NCBI RefSeq assembly: GCF_000737315.1
Contig: NZ_JMCB01000016.1
Location: 10,052 to 74,051, forward strand
Direction: 5' to 3'
Source of the DNA: Hyalangium minutum
GTDB taxonomy: Bacteria; Myxococcota; Myxococcia; Myxococcales; Myxococcaceae
Length of the DNA stretch: 64,000 nt
Under the pieces are notes generated by a model, which had not been told where the DNA came from, did no database searches, and saw nothing but the letters and a program-made list of their open reading frames with translations. Both the position numbers and the translations under genes were made by a program. Position 1 is the first letter of the stretch. Each line of letters opens with the position of its first letter. Positions 1 through 9,228 of the stretch are shown here, in pieces.

Positions 1-878
1 TGTGCGCCCAGGGAGGCCACCGTGAGCCCCAGGGTCGGCAGCAGGATGGCCCACGTGCGGGGCCGGGCGCCGCCACAGACGAAGACGGCCAGGAAGGCGA
101 GGGCCAGGTAGTACCGCGCGAAGATCAGCGTCAGGTCCAGCGGCTGCCACTCCTCCAGTGTCAGCGTGGAGGCCAGGCGCGAGTGCAGGATGGGATAGAG
201 GTAGATGCTGGGCCCGCTGGGAGACAGCGCCGAGGCGAGGTAGGCGAGCACCGCAGCCCCCATGGCCTGGGCACAGCGGCGTCGGTGCGCGGCGTCTCCG
301 CCATCGAGCCAGGCGCCCACGGCGGTAGAGCCCAGCAAGGCCGGGCCGAGGATCCAACTGCCGTGCAGGTTGGCCCACAGCGCGCACAGCGGGACGAGCA
401 GCCACGGTGCGAGCTGGCTCCCCCGGCGCCAGGCCAGCGTCAGCAGCACTGCGAGGGCGAAGAGCACATGGCCCAGGTGGTAGGGCCGCTCCTGGTACCA
501 GGTGAAGGCCTGCGACACGAGCGTGAGGCAGAGCACCGCCAGCTCGATGAGCCCGGGGGAGGGTGAGGCCGTGCGGATGGCGCGCCAGGCCAGCAGCACG
601 AAGGTGGCGATGAGGGTGGAGATGAGCAACTCGGGGCCCGCCGCGCCGAACACACGGAGGGAGAGCTCCGCGAGGATGCCGAAGCCCCACTCATGGGGAA
701 CCCAGCCCGCGGTGCCGGTGACGCTGAAGGGATCCTGGCGGGTGAAGCCATGCGCGAGCAGCCACCGGCCCCCGGCGAGGTGGAAGAAGAGGTCATAGTT
801 CTTCAGGGGCGACAGAGCGATGGGCAGCGTCACCAGGAACGCCAGCACCGCCGCCGGGCCGGGGAGGAGTCTTCTCAC
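1..878 (-). CDS. Polytopic membrane protein, possibly GT-C-like glycosyltransferase (partial; runs off the window start)
   Basis: Not in the ORF track. Read manually from GTG at 878: MRRLLPGPAAVLAFLVTLPIALSPLKNYDLFFHLAGGRWLL...HEWGF...ERPYHLG...LWANLHGSW. Many hydrophobic segments; the frame stays open to the window edge. Confidence 0.7.
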   Translation of the reverse strand, partial: MRRLLPGPAAVLAFLVTLPIALSPLKNYDLFFHLAGGRWLLAHGFTRQDPFSVTGTAGWVPHEWGFGILAELSLRVFGAAGPELLISTLIATFVLLAWRAIRTASPSPGLIELAVLCLTLVSQAFTWYQERPYHLGHVLFALAVLLTLAWRRGSQLAPWLLVPLCALWANLHGSWILGPALLGSTAVGAWLDGGDAAHRRRCAQAMGAAVLAYLASALSPSGPSIYLYPILHSRLASTLTLEEWQPLDLTLIFARYYLALAFLAVFVCGGARPRTWAILLPTLGLTVASLGA

Positions 879-989
879 GAGTCAGCACTCTAACCGGGGT
901 TGGCGCGAGGGCCGCTTGCATCTCCACGCTCATGCCTGTGGAGTGCCCCCCGGCGAGCCCGGGCTGGACTGGGACGCCCCGAGGGCCCC

Positions 990-1943
990 ATGGCGCCGCA
1001 GAAGATCACCGTCCCCCGAGAGGCCGCTGGAGAGCGGCTCGACAAGCACCTGTCGAAGCATGTGCCCGGCCTCTCGCTGGAGCGCGCCCGCACGCTGATT
1101 GCCCAGGGCCACGTGCGCATCCGCGGCAAGAAGTGCCAGCCCACCCGCAAGCTCTGGGGCGGAGAGGAAATCGAGCTGGAGCGGCCCCCGCCCCGCCGTC
1201 CGAACGCGAGGCGCTCCGTGGAGGGGCCCGAGCTGCCCGTGCTCCACGACGATGCGGACCTCGTCATCATCAACAAGCCCCCGGGCGTGGTGGTGGAGCC
1301 AGGGGGCCCCGAGGCCTCGGTGGTGGAGCTGCTCGCGGCCCGGCTGTCTCCCTTTGACGTGGAGGGCCTCGCGCGGCCCGGCGTCGTGCACCGGCTGGAC
1401 CGGGAGACGAGCGGCTGCCTTGCGCTCGCGCGCACCGACGAGGCCATGGCCGCGATCGACCGCGCCTTCCAGGAGAAGCGCGTGGACAAGCGCTACTGGA
1501 CGCTCGTGCTCGGCGAGGCCCCCGAGCAGGGCCGGTTGGAGGGCCCCTACGGCCGCGATCCCAAGGACCCGCGCAAGTACACCACCCGCGTCTCCTCCGC
1601 CCGCCGCGCGTCGCTGTCCTTCGAGGTGCGCGAGCGGCTCCGAGGCGCCACGCTGCTCGAGGTGAAGCTCGAGACGGGCCGCACGCACCAGATCCGCGTC
1701 CAGCTCTCCGAGGCGGGACTCCCCGTGCTCGGGGACGCCATCTATGGCCCGGCGGAGGCCCGCTTGCACCCGGCGGCCCAGGCGCTGGGACGGCAGGCGC
1801 TGCACGCGCTCCAGCTCTCCCTGCCGCACCCCTCGACGGGAGCCCTGCTCCGTGTGGAGGCGCCGCTGCCCGAGGACTTCCAGCGCGCCCTGGCGCTGCT
1901 GCGGAGCCCCGGCGGGGAGGGCGGCTCAGGCCTGAGCGGGTGA
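990..1943 (+). CDS. RluA-family RNA pseudouridine synthase with S4 domain
   Basis: ERLDKHL S4 start, INKPPG, HRLDRETSG catalytic motif, LETGRTHQIRV, LHALQL. ATG at 990 chosen over the upstream alternative start. Confidence 0.95.
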   Translation: MAPQKITVPREAAGERLDKHLSKHVPGLSLERARTLIAQGHVRIRGKKCQPTRKLWGGEEIELERPPPRRPNARRSVEGPELPVLHDDADLVIINKPPGVVVEPGGPEASVVELLAARLSPFDVEGLARPGVVHRLDRETSGCLALARTDEAMAAIDRAFQEKRVDKRYWTLVLGEAPEQGRLEGPYGRDPKDPRKYTTRVSSARRASLSFEVRERLRGATLLEVKLETGRTHQIRVQLSEAGLPVLGDAIYGPAEARLHPAAQALGRQALHALQLSLPHPSTGALLRVEAPLPEDFQRALALLRSPGGEGGSGLSG

Positions 1944-3557
1944 GCCCTGGTGGGGCAGGGCGAAGCGGAAGATCGTGCCCTGGCCCAGCGCGCTCTCCAC
2001 CGAGATCGTGCCTCCGTGGGCATCGACGATGGCCTTGACGATGGAGAGCCCCAGTCCCACGCCGTTGCGGCGGGCGGGCTCCACCTGAAAGAAGCGGTGG
2101 AAGAGGCGGGGCAGGTGCTCGGAGGAGATGCCCGGACCGGTGTCCCGGACGCTGAACACCACGCCCGCCGGGTGCGAGTCCACCGAGAGGATGATCTGCC
2201 CGCCCGCAGGGGTGAACTTGATGGCGTTGCCCACCAGGTTCGAGAAGACCTGCATCATGCGCTCGCGATCGCATCGCACGCGTGCTTCCTGGCCTGCGGG
2301 CTCCAGGTGCAACCGGAGCGCCTTCTCCGAGGCCAGCACCGCGTGGCTGTCGAGCACCTCCTGCAGCAGCTCCTTCGCCCCGTGATGTTCCTGCCGCAGC
2401 ACCAGCGTGCCCGCCTGGAACCGCGCCAGATCCAGCAGATCCTGGATGAGATGGTTCATCCGCTCGGCCGAGCGATCGATGGAGTTCAGCCGGGACTCGA
2501 GCAGGGGAGGCACCGCGATGGGCAGGGTCCGGCGGATGATCTCGGTGGACGTGGTGACCGCGGCGAGCGGGTTGCGTAAGTCATGCGCCACGATGGCCAA
2601 GAGCTCCTCTCGCGAGCGGGCCAGCGCCTTCGCCTCGGCGTACAGGCGCGCCCGGTCCAGCGCCTGCCCACACTGGTGCGCCAGCCCCATCATGAAGGCC
2701 CGGTCGTGCGCATCGAACGCGTGGAACTGGCGGAACGAGATCGCCAGACAGCCCCGCAGCCCCGTGCTCGTGGAGAACGGCAGCGCCACGCGCGAGCCTC
2801 CCACCGTGTTCACTTTGGCCACCATGGGGAAGGCGGCCTCCATCTCGGCCGTCTCGAGGTAGATCGGCTCGTTGCGGACAATCGACAGGCACATGGGCGT
2901 CTGCGCGGAGCTCGGCTGCCGGCGGAAGTTCTTGATGGAGAACTCGGGGTAGCCCCGGGTATTCACCATCTCCACCGTCTGTCCATCCTCGCTCCGCAGC
3001 GCCACACCGCCCGCCTGGGCCTGCAGCGCGTCCAGCCCCTGGTGGAGGATGACCGCCGTCACCTCCTCGGGCGTCACCGCGTAACACAGCGCGGCGGTGA
3101 CCTGCTGGAGCCGCAGCAGGCGGGTATGGCTGGCCATCAGCGTCTGGCGCGCGCGCAGCAGCGCCTTCACCCAGGCCAGCAGCTCCTCCGCTTCATAGGG
3201 CTGAGCGAGGTACCCATCCGCCCCCGCCTCGAGCCCCGTGGTGCGCGCCAGCACATCCACGTCATTGGCCGAGGTCTGCAGGATGGTGATGGAGCTCGTC
3301 TGCGGATCCTCCTTGAGCCTCGCGCACACCGCGTGGCCGCTCAGGTCCGGCAGCCGCACATCCAGCAGAATGAGGTCCGGCGCCTGGCGGGCCTTCTCGA
3401 GCGCTTGCGCGCCCGTCATCGCCTCGAGCACCTCATACCCCGCGCGCTGCAGCGTGAGCGTGGTGAGATAGAGCGACGCCGGGTTGTCGTTCACGTTGAG
3501 GATGCGCGCGCGTTCGTGAGACACGGCCGTATTCTCCCCAAGGGGCATGAGCCGCAC
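1926..3557 (-). CDS. Hybrid sensor histidine kinase (receiver-GAF-HisKA-HATPase)
   Basis: Receiver LILLDVRLPD, GAF-like middle region, AHDLRNPL H-box, NLVGNAIKF N-box, DTGPGI and GLGLSIV G-boxes. Confidence 0.93.
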   Translation of the reverse strand: MRLMPLGENTAVSHERARILNVNDNPASLYLTTLTLQRAGYEVLEAMTGAQALEKARQAPDLILLDVRLPDLSGHAVCARLKEDPQTSSITILQTSANDVDVLARTTGLEAGADGYLAQPYEAEELLAWVKALLRARQTLMASHTRLLRLQQVTAALCYAVTPEEVTAVILHQGLDALQAQAGGVALRSEDGQTVEMVNTRGYPEFSIKNFRRQPSSAQTPMCLSIVRNEPIYLETAEMEAAFPMVAKVNTVGGSRVALPFSTSTGLRGCLAISFRQFHAFDAHDRAFMMGLAHQCGQALDRARLYAEAKALARSREELLAIVAHDLRNPLAAVTTSTEIIRRTLPIAVPPLLESRLNSIDRSAERMNHLIQDLLDLARFQAGTLVLRQEHHGAKELLQEVLDSHAVLASEKALRLHLEPAGQEARVRCDRERMMQVFSNLVGNAIKFTPAGGQIILSVDSHPAGVVFSVRDTGPGISSEHLPRLFHRFFQVEPARRNGVGLGLSIVKAIVDAHGGTISVESALGQGTIFRFALPHQGSPAQA

Positions 3558-3701
3558 TGCCGAGCCCTCACCGCAACACGGTGAACAGCGTCAACTAGGC
3601 CACGAACCGGTATTCCTTACACCCTCTGGGGGGCCGCCTGCTCCCCCAGCGCTGGAGCGGAGAGCGGTGGGAGGGGAACATTTCATTGGAGTAACAAGGG
3701 C

Positions 3702-4658
3702 TCAGGGCTGGCGGCGGCCGTGCTCGTGGGGCTTGAGCAGTCCGTAGAAGGTACTCATGACCGGTGTAGGAGTGCCCGCCGCGCGGCCTCGGCGCACCAC
3801 CGAGCCCATCAGCGCCTCCACCTCGATGGGCTTGCCCTGCTCCAGATCCACGAGCAGCGAGGACTTCACCTCGGGGTTCACCGCATCCACGGTCCGCTCC
3901 AGCGCGTCCATGCGGGTGGTGATGGCCACGCCCTCGGCGGTGGCGACACGGGCCACCTCGGCCGCGCCCGCCAGGTACATCTCCCGCGAGGCCGGCACGG
4001 ACCACAGCCGGCCGAGCGGCAGGCGGGAGCAGCCGGTGATGCCCGCGAACGGCGCCAGGAAGATGAGCTTGTCCCAGAGCGTGACGCGCGCGTCGGGCAC
4101 GGCCTCCACCTGGATTCCAGCCCCCGCGAGCGCCTCCTTCAGGGCGGAGACGCGCGGCGAGAGGCGGGAGGTGTCCCCGAAGAACTCTCCCAAGGTGATG
4201 CGCTGATGGGTGCCCGTCTGGGTGATGACGCCCGGAGCCGTCACCGCTGTGGAGATGTAGGCCGAGCCGCCCAGCACCGCCCGCTCGCCCACCACGGCGG
4301 CAAGCTCGCCCGGGCTGTCCACGCCGTTCTGCAGGGGGAGCACGGCGGGCAGGCCCTCGGGGGATTGGGCGGACGCAGCCTGGGAGAGCAGCGTCTTCAC
4401 CATGGGCAGCGCGGTGACGTTGTCGTACGTCTTCACGGCCAGCATCACCACGTCCACGAGACCCACGCGCGTGGCCTCGGACTCGGCGCGGACGCGGACG
4501 GTGATGTCTCCGGCGGGGCCGCGGAGCTCCAGCCCCTTCTGGCGGAGGGCCTCCAGGTGCGCGCCTCGGGCGAGGAACGTCACCTCATGTCCCGCTTGGA
4601 CGAGCCGTGCACCGAAGTAGCCGCCGACTGCTCCCGAGCCCACGATGGCAAAGCGCAT
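3702..4658 (-). CDS. panE: 2-dehydropantoate 2-reductase (ketopantoate reductase, ApbA/PanE family)
   Basis: GSGAVGG Rossmann motif, LAVKTYD, PLQNG, WDKL, SSLLVD, IEVEALMG. Confidence 0.9.
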   Translation of the reverse strand: MRFAIVGSGAVGGYFGARLVQAGHEVTFLARGAHLEALRQKGLELRGPAGDITVRVRAESEATRVGLVDVVMLAVKTYDNVTALPMVKTLLSQAASAQSPEGLPAVLPLQNGVDSPGELAAVVGERAVLGGSAYISTAVTAPGVITQTGTHQRITLGEFFGDTSRLSPRVSALKEALAGAGIQVEAVPDARVTLWDKLIFLAPFAGITGCSRLPLGRLWSVPASREMYLAGAAEVARVATAEGVAITTRMDALERTVDAVNPEVKSSLLVDLEQGKPIEVEALMGSVVRRGRAAGTPTPVMSTFYGLLKPHEHGRRQP

Positions 4659-4684
4659 GGCCAGGCGAGGTACATTGCCCGCCC

Positions 4685-5377
4685 ATGAATGTCGAGCATG
4701 GCGCGGACCCAGGGCCCCGGTGGTTGTACTTGCATGGCTTCGCCTCGGGGCCGGAGTCCTCCAAGGGGGTGAAGCTGTCGGCCCACTACGCGCGGCAGGG
4801 CATTCACCTGGAGCGGCTGAACCTGCGCCAGCCCTCGCTGGAGCGCCTGCGCCTGCGCGCGATGATGCGCACCGTGCGCGAGGCCATGGGCGGCGAGCAG
4901 GATCGCTCCATCCTCTTCGGATCGAGCATGGGCGGGCTGACGGCGTGCCGGGTGGCGGAGGAGGACGCGCGGGTGTGCGCGCTGGTGCTGCTGGCCCCGG
5001 CGCTCCAGGCCATGGTGCAGCTGCGCCGCCGCGTCGGCGAGGAGGGCCTGAAGCGGTGGGAGCAGTCCGGCTGGCTGGAGATCCGGGACTACGCCGAGAA
5101 GCGGCAGACGCGCATCGACTTCGGCTACGTGCCGGACCTGGAGGCCATCGAAGCGCGCTCGGGCGGTTGGCCCAATGTGCGGGTGCCCACGCTGCTCATC
5201 CACGGCCGCCAGGACGACATCTGCGACATCGAGTTTTCGCGGCAGTGGGCGCGGGGCAAGCGCCACGTCCGGCTCGTCGAGGTGGACGATGGCCACGAGC
5301 TGGGGGCCTCGCTGGGCCTCATTGCCGCCGAGGCCGATGCCTTCCTGCGGCCCTTCCTGGGGCCAGCGGGGAAGTAA
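4685..5377 (+). CDS. YqiA/YcfP-like alpha/beta hydrolase (esterase)
   Basis: YLHGFASGP, GSSMGG nucleophile elbow, IHGRQDD, DDGHEL. Confidence 0.88.
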   Translation: MNVEHGADPGPRWLYLHGFASGPESSKGVKLSAHYARQGIHLERLNLRQPSLERLRLRAMMRTVREAMGGEQDRSILFGSSMGGLTACRVAEEDARVCALVLLAPALQAMVQLRRRVGEEGLKRWEQSGWLEIRDYAEKRQTRIDFGYVPDLEAIEARSGGWPNVRVPTLLIHGRQDDICDIEFSRQWARGKRHVRLVEVDDGHELGASLGLIAAEADAFLRPFLGPAGK

Positions 5378-5383
5378 GCGCGA

Positions 5384-5686
5384 TTACAGCTTGGGGGAGA
5401 GCGGATCCACCTCGGCCAGCAGCTTGGTCATCCGGGCCTCGTCGATGCGGGAGACGATGCGCTGCTGCTCGTGCACGTCGCGCACCGTCTTGGCCAGGCT
5501 GAAGGTGGAGCCCACGGTGAAGAGCATCCCCATGCCGAGGAACGCCTTCATCCAGCCATCCACCGGCAGGAACCACACGCCCATGGACGTGACGCCCACG
5601 GCGAGGACCCAGGAGAGCCACGTCTGAACGACCCAGGCGTTGCTGTGGGCGGACTGGATGGCTTGGGTGTGGGGCGTGCGGGACAT
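5384..5686 (-). CDS. YiaA/YiaB-family inner membrane protein
   Basis: Two hydrophobic helices followed by FSLAKTVRD. Confidence 0.85.
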   Translation of the reverse strand: MSRTPHTQAIQSAHSNAWVVQTWLSWVLAVGVTSMGVWFLPVDGWMKAFLGMGMLFTVGSTFSLAKTVRDVHEQQRIVSRIDEARMTKLLAEVDPLSPKL

Positions 5687-5788
5687 TGTTTTTCTCCGGG
5701 GTTCGGTTGCGTTGACGAGAGAGACAATGCCTCAGGCCTTCGAAAACTGCATGGAACGAATCGATTGGGTTTCGATAACCTGGAGTGA

Positions 5789-6667
5789 ATGATTCAGCTC
5801 CAGCGGCTCGAAGGTTTCTACTGGGTGGCGCGGTGCGAAGGGTACGCACGGGCGGCGCGCTCCTTCCCGTACCCCATCACCCAGCCCGGGGTTCACCAGC
5901 AGGTGAAGCGCCTGGAGGAGGAGCTCGGCGTGCGCCTCTTCGAGCGGGTGGGGAAGGATCGCGTCATCCTCACGCCCGAGGGCCGCACGCTCTACGACTA
6001 CGTGGCGCCCTTCCTGGACGGGCTGCCTGCGGTGGCGCGCTCGCTGCGCTCGGGCGAGATGGGGGGCCGGCTGCGCATCCACGCCTCGGGACACATGCTG
6101 CGCTACCTGCTGCCCCCGTGGCTGCGGCGGCTGCAGAGCCAGCGGCCCGACATCGAGGTGGAGCTCTTCGAGTCCAAGGTGCCCGCGGTGGCGGCGGTGC
6201 GCTCGGGCGAGGCGGACCTGCTGGTGGACCACCTGCCCGAGGTGCCGCCGGACTTCGAGGCGCGGCAGGTGGGGAAGACGCGCCCGTTCCTCGTGTTCCC
6301 CTCCAACCACCCGCTGGTGCGGAAGGGACCGGTGAACCCGAAGCAATTGGGGGACGAGCCCTTCATCACCTACAGCGCGGACCTTCAGCTGCGGGAGCTG
6401 CAGCTGTCCGCGCTCGCGCACCACGGGGTGACGCCCCGGCGGCTGCACGCGGCGGACTCGTCGGAGACCATTCTGGGCTTCGTGGCGGCGGGGCTGGGGT
6501 ACTCGCTGCTGGCGTCGCTGCAGCCCAAGGGGCCTCGGGTGCCCGGCGTGGTGGCGCAGCCCGTCACCTCACCGGCCCGCGAGTTCCCCATCTACGCGGC
6601 CTGGCGCAAGAGCGCCCACGCCCACCCACTGCGGACGGTGCTGCTCTCGCTGGCCCCGGAGCTGTAG
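5789..6667 (+). CDS. LysR-family transcriptional regulator
   Basis: N-terminal HTH (ITQPGVHQQVKRLEEELGVRLFER), LTPEG, substrate-binding domain; divergent from the yiaA-like gene. Confidence 0.93.
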   Translation: MIQLQRLEGFYWVARCEGYARAARSFPYPITQPGVHQQVKRLEEELGVRLFERVGKDRVILTPEGRTLYDYVAPFLDGLPAVARSLRSGEMGGRLRIHASGHMLRYLLPPWLRRLQSQRPDIEVELFESKVPAVAAVRSGEADLLVDHLPEVPPDFEARQVGKTRPFLVFPSNHPLVRKGPVNPKQLGDEPFITYSADLQLRELQLSALAHHGVTPRRLHAADSSETILGFVAAGLGYSLLASLQPKGPRVPGVVAQPVTSPAREFPIYAAWRKSAHAHPLRTVLLSLAPEL

Positions 6668-6671
6668 GCCG

Positions 6672-6962
6672 TTAGCTGCGCTCGCGGTCCTTCACCACGG
6701 CCGGGAGCTGCTCCGGTGCGAACTTCTGCAGGGGCGTGGAGGGGATGCGGTCCAGCAGCCCGTGCACCTCCAGCTGGTGCTCCAGGTGGGTGACGCGGTC
6801 GCGCAGCGCCTGCAGCTGGCCCGCGCCGAGCTGGGCCTCGCGCAGGCGGATGAAGGCTTCCACCAGCGGCTTGAGCGAGAAGCGGAGGGTCAGGCCCAGC
6901 AGCGGGATGCCGCACGTCATGCCCACCACCATGACGACGACGATGGCCTCGGTCGTTTCCAT
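6672..6962 (-). CDS. Small single-pass membrane protein with coiled coil
   Basis: METTEAIVVVMVVGMTCGIPLLGLTLRFSLKPLVEA, then LRDRVTHLEHQLE; host-like codon usage. Confidence 0.7.
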   Translation of the reverse strand: METTEAIVVVMVVGMTCGIPLLGLTLRFSLKPLVEAFIRLREAQLGAGQLQALRDRVTHLEHQLEVHGLLDRIPSTPLQKFAPEQLPAVVKDRERS

Positions 6963-7071
6963 GAATTGCGTCCTTTGTGGCCTGGCTCCGGAGCGCCAGG
7001 CCCTGGGAGTACGCAGCAATGCGGAAACCATTGCAAGAGGCCGCGGCGGGACAGGCACCTCGAAACGACGA

Positions 7072-7106
7072 GGGCCGGGGAGCCCTGGACTGCGGCTCCC
7101 CGGCCC
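7072..7106. terminator. GC-rich hairpin, probable terminator
   Basis: 13-bp perfect stem gggccggggagcc / ggctccccggccc just downstream of the minus-strand gene ending at 7116. Confidence 0.55.
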
Positions 7107-7115
7107 GGGCCTTCA

Positions 7116-7760
7116 TCACGGCATGTCGGAAGGCGTCGCCTGGGCCAGCGGGACGAGCTGGGTGAGCAGCTCGCTCGCGAGCACCGCGCGGCCCGCCTGG
7201 AGCTTCAGCGAGGCGTCATCGGCCAGCGGCGTGAGGCGCAGGCCGTCCTCGTCGTGGTGGCCGAGGAAGCTCAGGTTGAGGGCGGGGATGCGCACCTCGA
7301 AGAAGTCCGAGCCGCGCAGGCTGCGGGCCTTCATGGTGGAGCGGCGCTGCTTGTCCATGGCGCGGATCTTCTGGGCGCCCCCCATGCGGGCCACCTCCCA
7401 CCGGCCGTTCACCGACTGGAGCTCCACGGTGGTGCGGACCTGGCCCTCCACCTCGACAGGGTAGACGGCGCGCTGCACGTCGGTGAGCAGGCGGCCCGGA
7501 TCCTCGCCTCGGTACTGCTGGAGCGCGTCCAGGCGGATCATGAACACCGGGATGGCGTCGCCCAGCTTGCCAGCGCGGGCCTCCTCGGCGCTCTCGAAGC
7601 CCAGGGCGCGGTGGTTGTCCTTGGTGACGATGTCCGGCAGCTCCTGGAGGGCGCGGGCCGCCTTGGCGGCGCGGGCGTCCGAGGCTTGGGCGGCCTGAGC
7701 CTGGGCCGAGGTGGAGACGGAGAGAACAGCGAGCAGCGCGGTCAGCAGAAGGGTCTTCAT
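7116..7760 (-). CDS. Secreted hypothetical protein
   Basis: Signal peptide MKTLLLTALLAVLSVSTSAQA; same strand as and directly downstream of the peptidase. Confidence 0.8.
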   Translation of the reverse strand: MKTLLLTALLAVLSVSTSAQAQAAQASDARAAKAARALQELPDIVTKDNHRALGFESAEEARAGKLGDAIPVFMIRLDALQQYRGEDPGRLLTDVQRAVYPVEVEGQVRTTVELQSVNGRWEVARMGGAQKIRAMDKQRRSTMKARSLRGSDFFEVRIPALNLSFLGHHDEDGLRLTPLADDASLKLQAGRAVLASELLTQLVPLAQATPSDMP

Positions 7761-7813
7761 GGCGGTGTGTCCTGAATCAAAAGGGTTGGAAGTTCAGAGG
7801 AAAGCGCGGCGGG

Positions 7814-9097
7814 TTACTTCGTCCAGATGGCCGAGATCCGGTCGCCCAGGCCGCTGAGCTGCGAGAGCCGGTAGCCCGCGTTGAGGCTGCCCACGGAGTT
7901 GTAGGTGGACTGATACGTGGCGCTCGTCATGTTGTAGTAGTGGATGAAGCCGGTGGACGTGGGGTGCCAGATGGCGGCGTAGCGGGTGCCGTTGGCCGTG
8001 GGGTACGCGCTGAAGCGCACCGGCCGCAGGCCCTGGCTGGCGTAGTCGTCGAACTTCGTGTTGTAGCTGGCCTGCGTCATGCCCCAGTACGTGGCGTAGC
8101 CGCTGTGCGCCTTCTTCACCCAGGTGGACGCGAACTTGATGCCGTTGTCCTCGTACACGGCCATGTCCACCTGCAGGTACCCGGCGTTCCACATCTCGCT
8201 CCACTTCGCGGACATCTGCGCCTCGGTCAGCCCGAAGTGCGTTTGGAAGGCGCCCTCGGTCGGCGTCCAGATGACGGTGAAGCGCGGGCCATTCGAGGTG
8301 GACAGCACGCTGATCTGCTCCGGGCGCCAGCCCGCCGCCTGGTACGTGGTGAAGTAGCTCTGGAACTGAGCCCCCGTCATGAGCGTGCGCACTGGGCGGC
8401 TGTCCACGTCCTGGAACGAGCCCGCCATGAGCGTGCTGCCGCTGGGCGAGTACGCCGTCAGCGTCACCGGCCACCGGTCGCGCCAGGCCCAGTAGTCGAA
8501 GCAGCCCTGGAAGCTGCCCGAGGGCAGATCATGGAAGTCGCGCCCGCAGGGAGGGTTGTTCTTGATGTTGTAGTAGTCCGTCCAGTGCTCGTGGTCGCTG
8601 CTGCTCACGTACTCGGAGTAGGTGATGTAGTACTCGTCGCCCACGTTCGGAGCCCACGGATCATTGACGTGCACGTAGTTGTTGGTGCTCGTGGCCAGGT
8701 AGCCCTTGGCCACCATCATGTGGCCGCCACCGCCCGTCCATCCCCAGGAGAAGGCCACGGGCCGGTTGGCGTTGATCTCGCTCACCAGCGAGGCCCAGCT
8801 CAGCGTGCCGGTGGTGTTGTAGCTGAAGCCGTACTTCTCGAACTCGGGCCAGCCGCCCTCCACGCAGGCCGAGGGCGTGGGGCTGTTGCAGCAGTCCGAG
8901 CGGCCCAAGCGCCGGTTGGCCTCGTCACACTGCGTGACGCGCGAGGCGCCCATGTAGTGCATGATCATCGACCCGCTCGCGGCCCAGCACCACATGCTCG
9001 TCTGCTGAGGCTCGAGCGGCACCGGCAGGCTGCCCGCGCTCGCGGCGGACGCCGCGGTCATCAGGAAGGCCAGCGCGCTTCGCAAAAGGTTCTTCAT
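7814..9097 (-). CDS. Secreted papain-like (C39-like) cysteine peptidase with C-terminal tandem repeats of the polyglycine-hydrolase structural type
   Basis: Start MKNLLRSALAFL at 9097. QQTSMWCWAAS (Cys), GGGGHMMV (His), VNDP (Asp); about three ~50-aa repeats such as MTQASYNTKFDDYASQGLRP. Confidence 0.82.
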   Translation of the reverse strand: MKNLLRSALAFLMTAASAASAGSLPVPLEPQQTSMWCWAASGSMIMHYMGASRVTQCDEANRRLGRSDCCNSPTPSACVEGGWPEFEKYGFSYNTTGTLSWASLVSEINANRPVAFSWGWTGGGGHMMVAKGYLATSTNNYVHVNDPWAPNVGDEYYITYSEYVSSSDHEHWTDYYNIKNNPPCGRDFHDLPSGSFQGCFDYWAWRDRWPVTLTAYSPSGSTLMAGSFQDVDSRPVRTLMTGAQFQSYFTTYQAAGWRPEQISVLSTSNGPRFTVIWTPTEGAFQTHFGLTEAQMSAKWSEMWNAGYLQVDMAVYEDNGIKFASTWVKKAHSGYATYWGMTQASYNTKFDDYASQGLRPVRFSAYPTANGTRYAAIWHPTSTGFIHYYNMTSATYQSTYNSVGSLNAGYRLSQLSGLGDRISAIWTK

Positions 9098-9228
9098 GGC
9101 TTCGTTCTCCCGTGAGGTGTTCCGTGTCTCACTGGCAGAACGGCACCCCCCGGGGATCTTCCCGGCGGATTTTCCCGGGGCTTTTTCCGGGGACTCGGGC
9201 TGAGTGTTTTCGCGAAGTTGGCGCGCGC

